From Diplonema japonicum (lineage: Eukaryota; Protista; Euglenozoa: Diplonemea), in assembly GCA_964019335.1 (NCBI GenBank), contig OZ025673.1:62001-126000 (forward strand): a DNA stretch of 64,000 nt, read 5' to 3'. Shown here piece after piece: positions 1 through 11,980 of this stretch. Position 1 is the first letter of the stretch. Each line of letters starts with the position of its first letter. The notes beneath the pieces were generated by a model. The model was not told where the DNA came from. It did not search any database and worked only from the letters and a program-made list of their open reading frames with translations. The translations under genes and the position numbers were made by a program.

Positions 1-149
1 CCCCCCTCTTCTTTCTTTTTTCGGATTATACGAGACACGACACTACTATTTGGAGAGAGGTTTTTCTTATGAAGCTGTTTTTCTTTTTTTTTTTTTTTTT
101 TTTTTGTTTCGTTTCAAAAAAAAAAAAAAACTCGTTAAATTTTCTTCTT

Positions 150-3100
150 TTAATCACCGAGCTCTTTGGCGTTCATTTTCTTGTAGAGGAAGTATCCACC
201 GATCAGAATGATGGGGTTCACGGCACTGACGACAATGAAGCCCCCAACAACCTTGAACAGAGTGGTGAAGATAGGGAGGATGTCTGATGGCTTGGTGGCG
301 AGTGCTTCTTGGACCATGATCTTGAAGATGCGGGGGGCGAAGATAGCGGTAGCGATTCTGTCCCATACAAAGGTGCCGAAGGTAGACAGAGCGACAAGCC
401 CGATTGTTTCCCAACGGAAGGCGTCGTCGGGGAAGGCAGCAAAATGCAGCATAGCGTTGAGCTCAGGTGAGAACCCCCATGCGATGTATGCAATCCCAGC
501 AAAGGTGATGAACAACGACAGGAACAACGCGTGGTTCTCGCTCAGTCCCTTCATCCACGGCCGTCCTTTGTAGTTCACAAACAGCACTGCAACGATCTGC
601 GCGGTCTCCACAAGGAATACCACTGTGTTCAGCAGGTTGGGTTTGAACGGAGTCGACCAGAACGTGTTCGTGAAGAAAGCAAGCGGGTCGTCCGGGTCCG
701 CCTCCTCCTCCACCTCATTCAGCCTTGCCTTCCTGTGGAACTCCACAACCGCCGCCAGCTCCTCAGTTCCCATGAAGTCTGTCGCCATGGTCACCGCTCT
801 GTACATGCACCCAATGTGAATCAGCGCCTGCCCTGCCATCGACATAAAGATCGCAGGATGGAAAAGAGACCTCAAAGGCCTCTCGGGGTGCATACGGTCC
901 ACAGGTGTGGCGTACGAGAACGACAGCGTCGCAATAGATAGCAGCCATCCAGAGGCCATCATCTGCCTCTCGGACTGTCTGGCTCCTTCTAAGCTGAGTG
1001 CAGACAGAGTGAAGGCTTGAATGAGAGACTCGAGCATCATGATCTGCTGCTGTTGCAGTGCACTGAGCAGTGTGCACCTTCCCTGTCTGATAAGGTCGAC
1101 AGTCGATTTGATGGTTGGCAGTCTGGATGTGAAGGAGGCAGCCACCGACGCGTCACCTGGTCGGATCATCAAGCTGTCCATTTCAGCACTCCCCAGCACG
1201 TCATCCATTGTCGGGGCGTAAACGTTCCCCACCTTGCTCACCTCTCGTTCCTCCTGCTTCATCTCCTCCTGGAAGCGCTTCAACACAACCTTCATGGCGG
1301 CCATTTGACCAAACACACCAGTGTCCTCGCCCCTCCTCTCTCTTGCAGCAACCTCCTCCTCCAACCACTGTTTCTGCTTTTGCGACAGCTATTATGGATG
1401 GGTTTGGAAAAGTACTAAAGTATACCTCTTGCTGTTTCTGCTTCATCAGCTCACGCTTCTCTGCCGTTGCCTTTGCGGCCTTGGTGTCCATCTCCTTCTG
1501 GTGCTTATTGAGGGCCACCTCGGCAGGCACGTCGTCCTCGGTCTTGTCAGCTTCATCACCAGTGTTTGCATTGCCTGCAGTGATGTACATCTCTCACACT
1601 GCATACCGTAGCCAGACAAAAGCGCCAAACCCACATCTGCCTGCTTCAAGGCACCGACATCGTTGCTGCCATCGCCACACATGAGAACATGGGCCGACTG
1701 GTGCTCTTGCAGAGATCGGATGACCTGAGTGAACTGTGCCACGAGCGTAAAGCATACCTTAGCCTTTCCGTTAGGGCTCATTCGAGCAAAGACGCGGAAG
1801 TACGAGCAGACCTTCCAAAGCTCGTCGCCAAGTACCTCGGCCGCCTGCATCAGGTTGTCCTCAGTGGTAAGCAGGTCACCTCGCTTGTTGAGCTCCTCCA
1901 GCTTATCGAAGTTAAAGGGAACTTTCTCTTTGTCGTCACCTGTAGTGCTTGTTACTATATTTCATAGCATACCTGTAGCTTGCACCCACTCGACAGCATT
2001 GCTTCCTGCCTCTAGCGTGAAACTGTTCTGCTGTGTTGCGATGCCGACCTCCTTGGCTACGTGGAGTGCCGTCAGCAGACCGTCACCCGTGACCATCGCC
2101 AGCGAATGGTCAGACTCTCTCAAGGAACGGATCTGTGTGATGTGAGTTGATGGCTGAGCTGTGCCATACCACTGCTGTGGTGTCGTTCCTGATCCTGCAC
2201 GAAAATGCAATGAACCCTGCAAAGGTCAGATTATTTTCCACCTGTTGATTTATGCGACTCACTTGGTTGAAATACCTGGTCCCTTTCCGGCTTTCCAGGG
2301 CCATCCCACGGCTTGTACCCGAGGGCAAGCACACGCATCCCCTTCTCCATGAGCTTGGTGTAACAAGAGGTAAACCACTCAGGCTTGGAGTCATTGAGAA
2401 GTTTGGATAACGCCTCTGGCGACCCCTGTCATGTTGTGCACTACACGAGTATCATACCTTGACGAGGCACAGCTGCTGTGTGCTGCGGGGGCCGTTGCTG
2501 ACCTCAGCGATGACGGACATGCGTTGGAGCTGTTTAATATAAAGGCGGGAGGAGGGCATACCTTGGAACTAAAGTGGAACCTGTGCTTGATGTGCACGGA
2601 AAGCTTGCTGCTGTCAGCGATTTCTTTAGCAGCTTTTGCCTCCTTCTTCTTTACCTCCAAGTCCGCAGACAACTCCTTGTGCCTCTTAGTTCCTTGTTTA
2701 TAGGCCTTCAGCTGCCTCTCGATGTTGTTCACGATCTTTTCCTTCTCTTCCCAGCTCCCTCGGGTTGCCGTCTGCTTCTTAGGGTCGTACCTCCACTCGA
2801 TGCCCCTGATGGCGGCCACTTCAATGGGGTCGCCCACAATAGTGTTCTCACCATCACTGGACGAAACCAACGAGTGGCACCCAGCAAGAATGATGCTAGC
2901 TTTCTCTGATGCCTGGTTCACAGCGATCAGATCGTGCTGCTTGCCATCCGCATTAACTACCCCAGCAGGCACAAGCGTGTCTGTTGTCAGCGTTCCAGTC
3001 TTGTCAAACAGAGCATGAGTGATCTTCCCTGCAAGGGGCACCCTGAAGGGCTCTGTGCACATCACACCAGCTTTCACTAAAGCCATCAATGCAGTGTTTA

Positions 3101-4775
3101 CAGCAAGCGCCATCTGCATAGGCAGTTGCCTGGGCACCACAGAGGTGATAATGAGCACCGACTTCACCAGCAACTCGTGGGTAGTTCTGTCACCCTTCTC
3201 GAGACCTTTCTGGAAGACGTATATCGCGGACATGACGGCAAAGGCCAGCAGGAACAGCAGTGCCCAGAAGGTCTCGCGCGAGTCTCCCGCCACTCCTTCT
3301 GTCGAGAATTCAATCATCTGCATCAAGCTTCCCTGCGAAGAACCGAACCCGGTCCTCAGAACGTAGCACACAACACCGTGGTTGGGCGGGGAGGGGATGC
3401 CAACAGACGTTGTGTCCTGCTTGTTGTCAACCAATGTAGTACCGCTGAAAAGTGTGTGGATCCTGTGCGCGCCCTCCATCTCGAGGGCCTTCGTCTCGCT
3501 GGCAGGTATTGCGTCCTTCATCGCAGGGATGGACTCGCCTGTCAAGCTTGCCTCATTCACAATGGCACTACCGCTCAGAAGCAGGCAGTCACAGGGCACA
3601 ACGTCGTTGCCGTCCTTGCTCTTCGACTCCTTGTCCTGCTTTGAAACTGCCAACGAGATGATATCGCCCGGCAGCAGCTGCAGGGTACTGAGTTCTGTCC
3701 ACTTGCCATCCCTGAAAGACATTACGGGGTAGGGCTTCATGCTCATCTTCGTCAGCTGCCCAAGGGTACGGAGGCGCTGGAAGGCAGTCCCGAATTCGAG
3801 AAGCATGATGGTGAAGAAAGTGAAGAACGTATATTGCCAATACTCATCAAGCATCCACAAGATGGATGAGAAGAACTGGAAGACAGGAATAGGGGATATA
3901 AGCTGCTGCCTCCACATGGTGAACAAGGTGGGGGGTATAATAGAGAGGCGGTTCTCGCCATAGATCTTAAACTTCTTAGCCACGTCGTCGCTTTTGAGGC
4001 CCTTGGACTTTGCGTACGACGAGAGGGGTTCAGAGATGGAGGGACTGACGGGAGTGACGATGGCCTTGCTGCCTTCTTGTTTAATGATGTAGTTCCTCCT
4101 CTGGAACTCAAAGGTGAGCTCCCCAGTGACCTGATTCTTAAAGAGCGTTGACATGCCTGGTTTGCCATGGTGGGCAAGGGTGCGAACAAGGATACTGCCG
4201 CCGACGATTAACTTCGTGGTCGGAGAAAAGAGCGCGGCAGCAAGGAAAGGCGGGTACCAGTGGCAAAGAAGAAAGAAAAAAACATTGCAGCTGATGATAA
4301 TAAACAACATGGCCGCTGCTCCTGCACTAGGAAGGGTCTCTGAAGGCAGTGCCTTTTTGAGCTTTGCCTCCATAGTGGTGTTCATCTCATTGTCATCGCT
4401 AAGTAGTTCATCCCCCGAGCCGGACCCGGCACCATCTTCATTTACGTCTTCAGTATCTTCCCACTTGCGGTGGTGGTCCTCGCTGTCAATGTCGTGTAGG
4501 TCATCTTCTTCGTCTTCTACCCATTCGACTTTCTTGGGCTTCCTTGCCTCTTCTTTCATGAAGTTGTCATGAACCCTCCTTGCCTCCTCCACAGCGTCTG
4601 AGTACGGGTCTCCCATTGTGCTCCATGACCACTGCAACGCCACTGCATACAGCAGGACAAGCAGCCCAACGAGCGCCATCCTCTTTGTGCTATCGACAAC
4701 ATGTATCGTGCACCTCCCTAAGCTAGGCGGCTGATCCACCTCCATCTTTCTGATATCCTGAGGGACACGTGCCAT
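150..4775 (-). CDS. ATP13A1: P5A-type (Spf1/ATP13A1-like) P-type ATPase, 9 exons
   Basis: Motifs TGES, DKTGTLT, GDP, HFSS(K)LQRMS, KGSPE, VTGD, ARMSP, GDGSND, GRCTL and NYKGRP. Removing 8 GT-AG introns (2530-2561, 2426-2457, 2242-2275, 2133-2169, 1940-1972, 1725-1757, 1575-1606, 1389-1425) gives one continuous frame across ORF fragments 2391..4775, 1962..2222, 1446..1850, 1201..1590 and 150..1364. Confidence 0.9.
1389..2561 (-). other. Cluster of eight 32-37 nt GT-AG spliceosomal introns
   Basis: Lengths 32, 32, 34, 37, 33, 33, 32 and 37 nt. All start GTAT and end CAG or TAG. Excision restores conserved P5 motifs such as FSSK|LQRMSV and LVK|GSPE. Confidence 0.9.
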
Positions 4776-4834
4776 GGAGCTCTTTCAAAAATAATAGAAT
4801 ACTTGCTGATTGATAAACGAAAACAGAAACGTTG

Positions 4835-7800
4835 TCAGAAAACCTGAGCAGCTTCGTTGTGCTGCTGTGCCGAAGTGAGCTCCCAGCCTGCCCCCGTTGC
4901 CTGTGTTAAGATGTTTTAAGTAATTGAATTTGCATGCCTTGACTGGTGCTTTTGCCAAGCTATTGCTGTGGCTGTGTGCATGGCTATGATCATGACCATC
5001 GTGTGTGTGGGCGCCCTCTACCCACGAAGGGAAAGGGTCATCCAGTTTTTCCCACTCCTGTTTTGTGTAAAAAAGTGGTCATTTTGTGTGATACCTCAAT
5101 CGTCCCCTTCAACTCTTCGTCAGTCAGAAGACATGTGTCCAACACCTTCTCAACTGCCTCCTGCTCTAACAGGTACCCAATAATAACTAGCTCTTGCTGC
5201 TTGTCGCCGTATGGCTCTTGCCACAAGTTTCCTTTAATCAACTCCTCCTCAACCCCAGCAGGCCATTCTTCCTTTGGCATTGATGACCACCAGTGCTGCC
5301 CCCCGTCAAGTGTCATCTGTTTGGCTGCCTGACTCCACACACCCACCAAACTGTTTCGCGTTGCTAGCCATATGTAGCCCTTGGATCGGATCACATTTGG
5401 GAGCCCACCCTCGCTAAGAGTCTTGTGCAGCCTCGCAGGGTGGAATGGTTTGCGCTTCCTGTAAACGAAGGAAGATATCCCCATTTCGGGGTGCACGTGG
5501 TCAGCCTCAAGCCATTCAGGGTGTTCCTTGGACCTGTTCTCAGAATAGCTATGTGTGTTGATGACCTCGTTGATGTCCACGTTGCAGCCAACGGTGTCGA
5601 TGATCTTTGCGTAGTTGTTGAACTCCCTGATGAGCGAGTGCAGGCGCTGCCTCTCGTCATCAGTCAGAAGGTCGTTCTTGTTGAGGAGGATGATATCAGC
5701 AAACTCCACCTGCTCGATGAGCAGTGTCACCACGCTGCGCCCGTCGTCAGAAACCATCCCTGTCGAGTGCAGTGTTTCACTAGAGTCAGCGCGCACGTCT
5801 TTCAGGAACACCGGCCCGTCGAGCACCGTGACCATAGTGTCGATTCTGGCTATCTGGTCCAGCTTCGCCCCGTTGACCTCGAAGGAGAAAGTCTCGGCAA
5901 CGTGCAGGGGCTCTGAAATCCCACTGGACTCGATCACCAGGTAGTCAAACCTGCCTTCGTTGGCCAGCTTAGCAACTTCCTCCAAAAGATCCTGCCTCAA
6001 CGTGCAGCAGATGCACCCCGAGCTGAGCTCGACAAGGTTCTCTTCTGCTCTAGTGATGCTGACGTCACTCCTTACGAGTGCAGCGTCAATGTTGATATCT
6101 GCCATGTCGTTCACGAGCACAGCCACACGCAGCCCAAGGTCTGTCCCAAGGATCTTCTTCAGCAGTGTTGTCTTCCCAGCACCGAGCCACCCTGAGATCA
6201 CGGTTGTGGGGAGCTGCGCGATAGAATCAGGTAACTTGTTGTTGTGCACGTCCTCTTTTTCTTTTACAGCCTCCACAACAGGAGTAACTTCCACAGATTC
6301 AACCTTGGGCTTCGTCTGCACCGGCTTAGCTTCCTCAGGTGCGACGATAGGTGCGTTAGTGGCTGCCTTCTTCAGCTGCATCAACTCTTCTTCCATGTTC
6401 TGTGCCCGCTGTGTGTATTCTTGCAGAGCAGAGACAATGGTCTCAAGCCCATTGGGGACAGATACGTCAAGCAGGCTGGGCTGGCTGCTTGTAGCCACCT
6501 CCTCTCCCGCATCGCGTGCCTGGATCTGTTTCAGGCCGAAGACACTACATTTCCACTTCGGGGCGACAATTCCCGCATGCACGGCATCGTGGAGCCTCTG
6601 CGCCACGGCCCACAAGGTGCTGTGCCACTCGTTGTATGACACACGCAGCGCGTGCTTCAGCGTGAACCAGTCATACGGCGATGCTGTGTCGACAGGCCAT
6701 TCAGCAGCGTCTTTTGAAGCACCGCCTGGTGGTGCCCTGATGGCAGTGGCAAAGAACAAGGTCTCCACTGTTCCTTGCTCCGGAAAGCGTGTGAGGGTGC
6801 CGAGCTGCGGTGTCAAGGCAAACTCATCAGGGTCAACGTCAAGGTGCTCAGCGAGGACACGCATCGCCGTGGCCTCTGGTGTCTCCTCGTTCACAGGACG
6901 CCCTGTGGGGATCACAAGCTCTCTTCTCCCGTTGTCCTTCTTCACTCTAGCCAACACTATCTTGCTGCCCCTTACAAGAACACAGCCAATCTTATGTTGC
7001 ACTTCGCTGATGCCTGTGCCCGTCTTCACGAGTTCCGCGGCGCTCATCTCACTGTGGTCACCCACCAGCATCGAGATCTCGTCATCGTTCAGAATCTCAG
7101 CAGCACGTGGTTCATCAGCAGGGATGCTGATAAAACACTTCCCCTTCTCATCAGACATCACCTTTCCAGTGAGCGCGACTGCATTCCCTGACTTAAACGC
7201 CTTCACGTGGGCCGCGCACGACCCGTGGTACGCAACGCGCACCGAGCCATTGCTGTCAGCAACCTTCGCCCACCCGAAGTCGTTCCTGCTTTTAGGGAGC
7301 TCGGAAGCAAGGACCCTGACCGGCATTCTTTCAATAGCAGCACCAGGCCTCAGGGACCAGATGTGGCTCTCCGCTGCAAAGAAGTCATCTCTGGTCTCTT
7401 TCCACCACTCAAGGACTGCCGGCTTGGGTTCGGCCTCAGTAGGCTTCTTCTCTGTGATAGTAACCTGTGTTTGCACAGGAGCAGTCGTAGCAGGGGCAGT
7501 GCTAGGTATCGCAGACACAGTGCGTGCCGCGGGAGGCTTTATTGAGGTAGACATCGGGGGAGCGGACTTGTTAGCGGTCCTGGGAGCCTCAAAAGGTTGC
7601 ACGACGACCTCCTTGTACGTTTGCTCCGTCATTTTAGTGTAAGGAGAAAGCGTGAAGACGATCTCGTAACCTTTGATGTCGATCTCGGCAACAGGTGAGA
7701 GGGTGTCGAAGACGCCGTCTTCCTGCAGCAGGCCAACAACAGCGGATGCGATGGCCTCCTTCAAGTCTGCCTTGGGACGGATCAAGGAGGCCGTGACAGC

Positions 7801-8334
7801 ACCAGCATTCATGGTTTTCCATTGCTCAATCTCCGCTTCATTGGCGCTACCGATATGCATGAGGTGGAAGGGCACAGGTGTGGGCGGCAGCGGGTCCCTA
7901 ATCGGCTGCAGGCTGTTTTCAGGCTGGATTGCCACACCTTTTGTGATATACATAGAAATGATCTCTTGGCGCAGCAGCTTGGCCATCAACCCACACGTTG
8001 ATGCCAGTCCAACAAGTGTCACTTCTTTAGCGTTGAGCTTTTGTATCACTCTGCTTATGGGCTTCAGAACAGGGCCCATCCCGGTTGTGGCCATCTCCTT
8101 CGGGACGTCCTTCAACAAGGCAGAAATATCAAGCACGTAGAAGGACTTCACACCCTTTCCAAATAACATCTCGGCAAGTAGCACCCACCTGCTGACAGCA
8201 TCGCCTTTCCCTGCGCCCTTCAGCAAGACTACCGCCCGCTGCGGGCTTTGTATCATCTTATACTCCCCATTGCTCAGTGTGTACAGCTTCGCATCAGAAG
8301 GAAACTCCTTCCCGTTTCGCGAAGGGCGGCTCAT
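4835..8334 (-). CDS. Multidomain COG0523/CobW-family metallochaperone GTPase (degenerate alpha/beta-hydrolase-like, OB-like and Nudix-like N-terminal region; His-rich tail)
   Basis: GWLGAGKTT P-loop, GCICC metal motif, ESSG, NKND, and CobW_C (RKPFHPARL, RSKG, YGDKQQELV). Intron 5058-5094 leads to EWEKLDDPFPSW and a His-rich tail. A probable GC-AG intron at 4901-4937 precedes the stop at 4835. The likely ATG is 8334 (MSRPSRNG). Confidence 0.85.
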
Positions 8335-8988
8335 TGTTCTGATGTGACATGTCATAGAAAGCAAACGCAAATTGTTTATTAATAAAACTGTAATAAAGTG
8401 TAATCAGGTTTCCCATTTCGTTAGAGCCTCCAGTATTTCATTCTCACCAATACACGACGGTGATGCACGCACCCTGTTCTCTCTGCTTCGCCTACGCACT
8501 GCTCGCAGAACCCATTGTGTTGCGTTATAACATATAGTTTTTATGTAGCATCTGAAGGGAAAGGGTTGCTGCAGTGGAACAGATGGCACTGCCCAGCGAG
8601 GGCATGAAATAAAAGGAAGAAGAAAAAAAAAACAAACAAAAATTGCAATAGACAGGCTTGCAACCTTAAAAAAAAAAAAGAATAAGAAAAAAAAAGAGAG
8701 GTAGCGGAAAAAAAAAAAAAAAACAAAAAAATATAAATAAAAGGGTGTGTTAAAAAAAAAAAAAAGCTATTGAACAAAACAAATATAGAAAAAAAAAAAA
8801 AAGAGAAAAATAATTATGAATCATCCTTTTATTGCAAAGAAAAACGCGTTCCGTCAGGGTAGTGCGACAGAGGGGCGCCCTCCACTTCTTTTTTTTTCTA
8901 TGGCAGCACATATTTCATTTTCATTTTTTTTTTTTCCTTCTTTTTTCTTTGTTTTGTTCTTATTTCAGGGCGTGAGTGTTGGAGTAAA

Positions 8989-9312
8989 TCACGGCTTCTT
9001 CACAAGTGCCTCCAGCTTCCCGGAGCTCTTGAGGGCGAAAGAGTCATCACAGCCGCCAATGTGCTTGTCACCGATGAATACATTTGGAACTGAGGACTGG
9101 CCGGTGATCTTTTTCAGCTCTGCGTGGATTGCGTCCCCATTTTTGATGTTGTCTAATTCAACTACCGAGTAGGATTCGGGCTTCACCCCGTTGAACAGGC
9201 CCTTCACCTTGGTGCAGTACGGGCACCACGACTTCGAAAATACAAGCACATGTGCTTGGGCCACATCAGGACCCATACCCTTCACGAGTTCCCTAACCTG
9301 AGCAGCCGACAT
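8989..9312 (-). CDS. Dithiol glutaredoxin (CPYC)
   Basis: FSKSWCPYC active site, SVPNVF and IGGCDD motifs; 107 aa; intronless. Confidence 0.95.
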   Translation of the reverse strand: MSAAQVRELVKGMGPDVAQAHVLVFSKSWCPYCTKVKGLFNGVKPESYSVVELDNIKNGDAIHAELKKITGQSSVPNVFIGDKHIGGCDDSFALKSSGKLEALVKKP

Positions 9313-9776
9313 TTTTTCTTTTTTTTTTTGTTGTTAAAAAAACGAGTTGGTGCTGTGATACTTTTGTTTTCAAAACCCAAATTTTTCTCAACATTTTCTC
9401 CTTTTTAAAAAAAAAAAAAAAGTAAATGTTACACTTTTTTTTTTTCTTTGGGGAGGCGGGGGGGGATGGAGGGGGCTATTATTATTTTTTTTTTGGTGTG
9501 TTTGCTTTCTTTTAAAAAAGCTTTTAAAGCTTTTCTTTTTTTTCTTCCATTTTTTTTTTTCCTCTTTTTTTTGTTTTGTTCTTCTTTTTCGTTTTTATCT
9601 TTCGTTCTCAATGTGTTCCCAAATTCTTAGAAATAAAAGGTGTGCGGACAGATAATTGAAAAAGAGGAAAAAAAAAAAAAAACTTTACTTGGTACAATAT
9701 TATAGAACAATGAAAGGCGGTGTTCAAGGGCAAATCCCACTTGAGGACCACCCCTAATGAAAAAATAAATAAAACC

Positions 9777-11980
9777 TCAAGCCTTAGCTTGTCTATGTTG
9801 GATCTCATGAGCTTCCTGGGGGAAAATTCTAAAAAAAGAATTATAAATGTGCCATACCCTGCTTTCATTCTCAATAGCTGACCGCATTTTTTTGTATGCA
9901 AAAGAGATGCGTTCCCCTGTGTAAGTCCTTCGTCTCTTGGACTGTGTGGTGGGTGACGGTGCAATGCCGTGGCATACCTCACGGAGGCTGATGGTGAAAT
10001 CACGCCTCACGGCACTGCTCAGCACTAGCAAGGATCTCCGTGTGAGTCTGATCTTCTTCACAGGTGCGGCCATCCTTGGGAGGGGGGTGAGGACACACGT
10101 TGCTGGTGCCGCGCATGAAACAATCTATGTGGTTTATAAAAAAAAGAGGAAAAAAAAAGAGATGAGATAAAGGAGGTTCCTGTTTTGGAACGTCCCCCTT
10201 GTCTCGCCAGAAAAAAAAAAAAGAGAAAAAAAAGCACCCATACCGACACAGCCCCACGGTATATCCTGTTGTCGTAGCAAAGGCCATCCTGCGCCTGCTC
10301 AAACGGGTGGCGTGTGACGGTCAGTTGTGTCTGCGTGTGTATACCTCAGCACGATGCTCATACCGGTGTGTCCTGCAAAGGGCACGACTTCCTTTGGACT
10401 GCATCCACGCACATCATGGCCTCTACGAGGTTGACAGGGAGGTCTGGAAGCGAGGTGTTTGGGAGCCACGTCACAACGGGGTTCGTGGCATCTGAGATGC
10501 TGTAGCCGTACGACTTGGAGTGCTTGTAGGACTGCGTACGGTACCATGACACGAGCTTGCGCTCTTCACTGTGTGGTGTTGTGTGTGGTTCCACAGCATA
10601 CTCTTCAGAGATGAAATCCTCTGCCAGGTACAGACCGTCCGGCCAGTTGCCCTCCGAGTCTGAGGACCACTCCGTCTCGGGGTCGCTGCAGTACTCCTCG
10701 TCGAGCACAACATCCTCCTCACCGTCGTCTGCCCAGTTCCCCACCTCCTGCGCTATGGGTCCTTGGGGTTTGTTGTCTTTTGCTTCACCCCGGGCAATCG
10801 CAGCCCACGTGCCGTCTGCATCAGTGCTTTTGCTACTACTGCTGCTGCTGCTGCTGCTGTCCGAGTCGGACGACGAGCTGGACGACACTGAAGTAGGAGG
10901 CTGCTTGTGCATCTGTGTTTCCTTCCATCCTTCGTTCCTGTTGGCAATGCCCAGCCCCATCCCTATGTTGAGCCCCATCCCCATCCCGATTATGCTGTTG
11001 ATTCCCAGCTTGCTGTTGAATTGACTCTGGCCTGTCACCTGTGGTGTGCTGCCTCCCCCTCCTCCTCCACCCCCTCCCCCTCCTCCCCCAATCACGCCGT
11101 TCACGTTGTGGTACACTTCCCGCTCTCTCTCGCGCTCCCGTTCCCGTTCCCTCGTTTTCTCGTCTCGGTCACGACCGTATGTAGTGGGGGGGAGGAGGGG
11201 TTGTGGAGGGGTGACGGCTACACGCTGCACAGGCTGGATGGAGTCCTGGTGGGGGGATGTCTGTTGGAAGCGGCGCATGGAGGCTGCGAACTCGCCCTTA
11301 GCTGCGTCAGGGATTCGGATGATGCCTCGGCGGGGCTTTGAGGGGTTCATGGGGTCGTCCTTGGGTGGGGGGAGGGTGGTGGCGGGGGCTGGAACGGGTG
11401 CCGGAGTGGGCGTCGGTGTTGGTGCTGGTGTCGGGGTAATAAGGAGGGGCTCTTCTTTGTGTTGGAAGTCAAGGTCGAACTGCTCATCGGTCCATGCGTC
11501 CGTCGGCTCGTCGTCAGGCTCCGCAGGGGGGGGGTCGTAGCTACGGCTCACAGATGTCTTGGCTGAGTACCGCCAGCTTCCTGCGTTCCTCTCAGGGCCG
11601 TTCCCCCGCTCCTTGTATCTGTCCCGCCCATGATACCGTTCCCTTTCCCGTTCCCGTTCCCACTCTCGTTCCCGTTCCCACTCCCTAACCCCTCTGTCCC
11701 TTCTGTAGTCGTAGTCATACTCGTTCCCATAGTTGCTGTCGTATTCTGTCCCATATTTGTGCTGCCTTGACCCGCTGTGCCCGTACCCCTCATCTCGTCC
11801 CTTCCCATACCCTTCATCCCGTCCCTTCCCGTGTATCTTTCGTACTTGTTCAACGTGCGTTTTTTCTGTCACCCGTCTTACATTGCCGCCGGCACGCCCT
11901 GCTTTACCCCCTCCCCCTCCACTTCCACTTCCACCACCTCGTGTGCCGATCCCTCCCCTGCCCCTTCCTCGTGTGGACAT
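9777..11980 (-). CDS. RG/RE/Pro-rich low-complexity protein with a C-terminal AlkB-like (2OG-Fe(II) fold) domain, probably inactive
   Basis: Introns at 10569-10601, 10331-10363, 10125-10243, 9942-9977 and 9816-9857 join ORFs 10358..11980 and 9777..10073. Spliced motifs GLYLAEDFISEDEERKL, PTQLTV, RRSLLVLS and ERISFAYKK resemble ALKBH-type domains. Confidence 0.7.

Noticed and set aside
1201-2600. Apparent frameshifts suggesting a pseudogene, RNA editing or recoding in the ATPase (similarly PDI, CCCH and C2 genes)
   Set aside because: Every break is explained by a short GT-AG intron whose removal restores conserved motifs.
5960-7642. Long plus-strand ORFs (560 aa here; also 47782..48951, 15651..16427, 50468..51214)
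   Set aside because: They are antisense shadows of well-supported minus-strand genes and have no recognisable motifs.
9942-9977. HGI tripeptide as the AlkB distal iron ligand
   Set aside because: It lies in a GTATG...ACAG 36-nt intron-like segment and is 7 residues off the expected position; probably coincidence.
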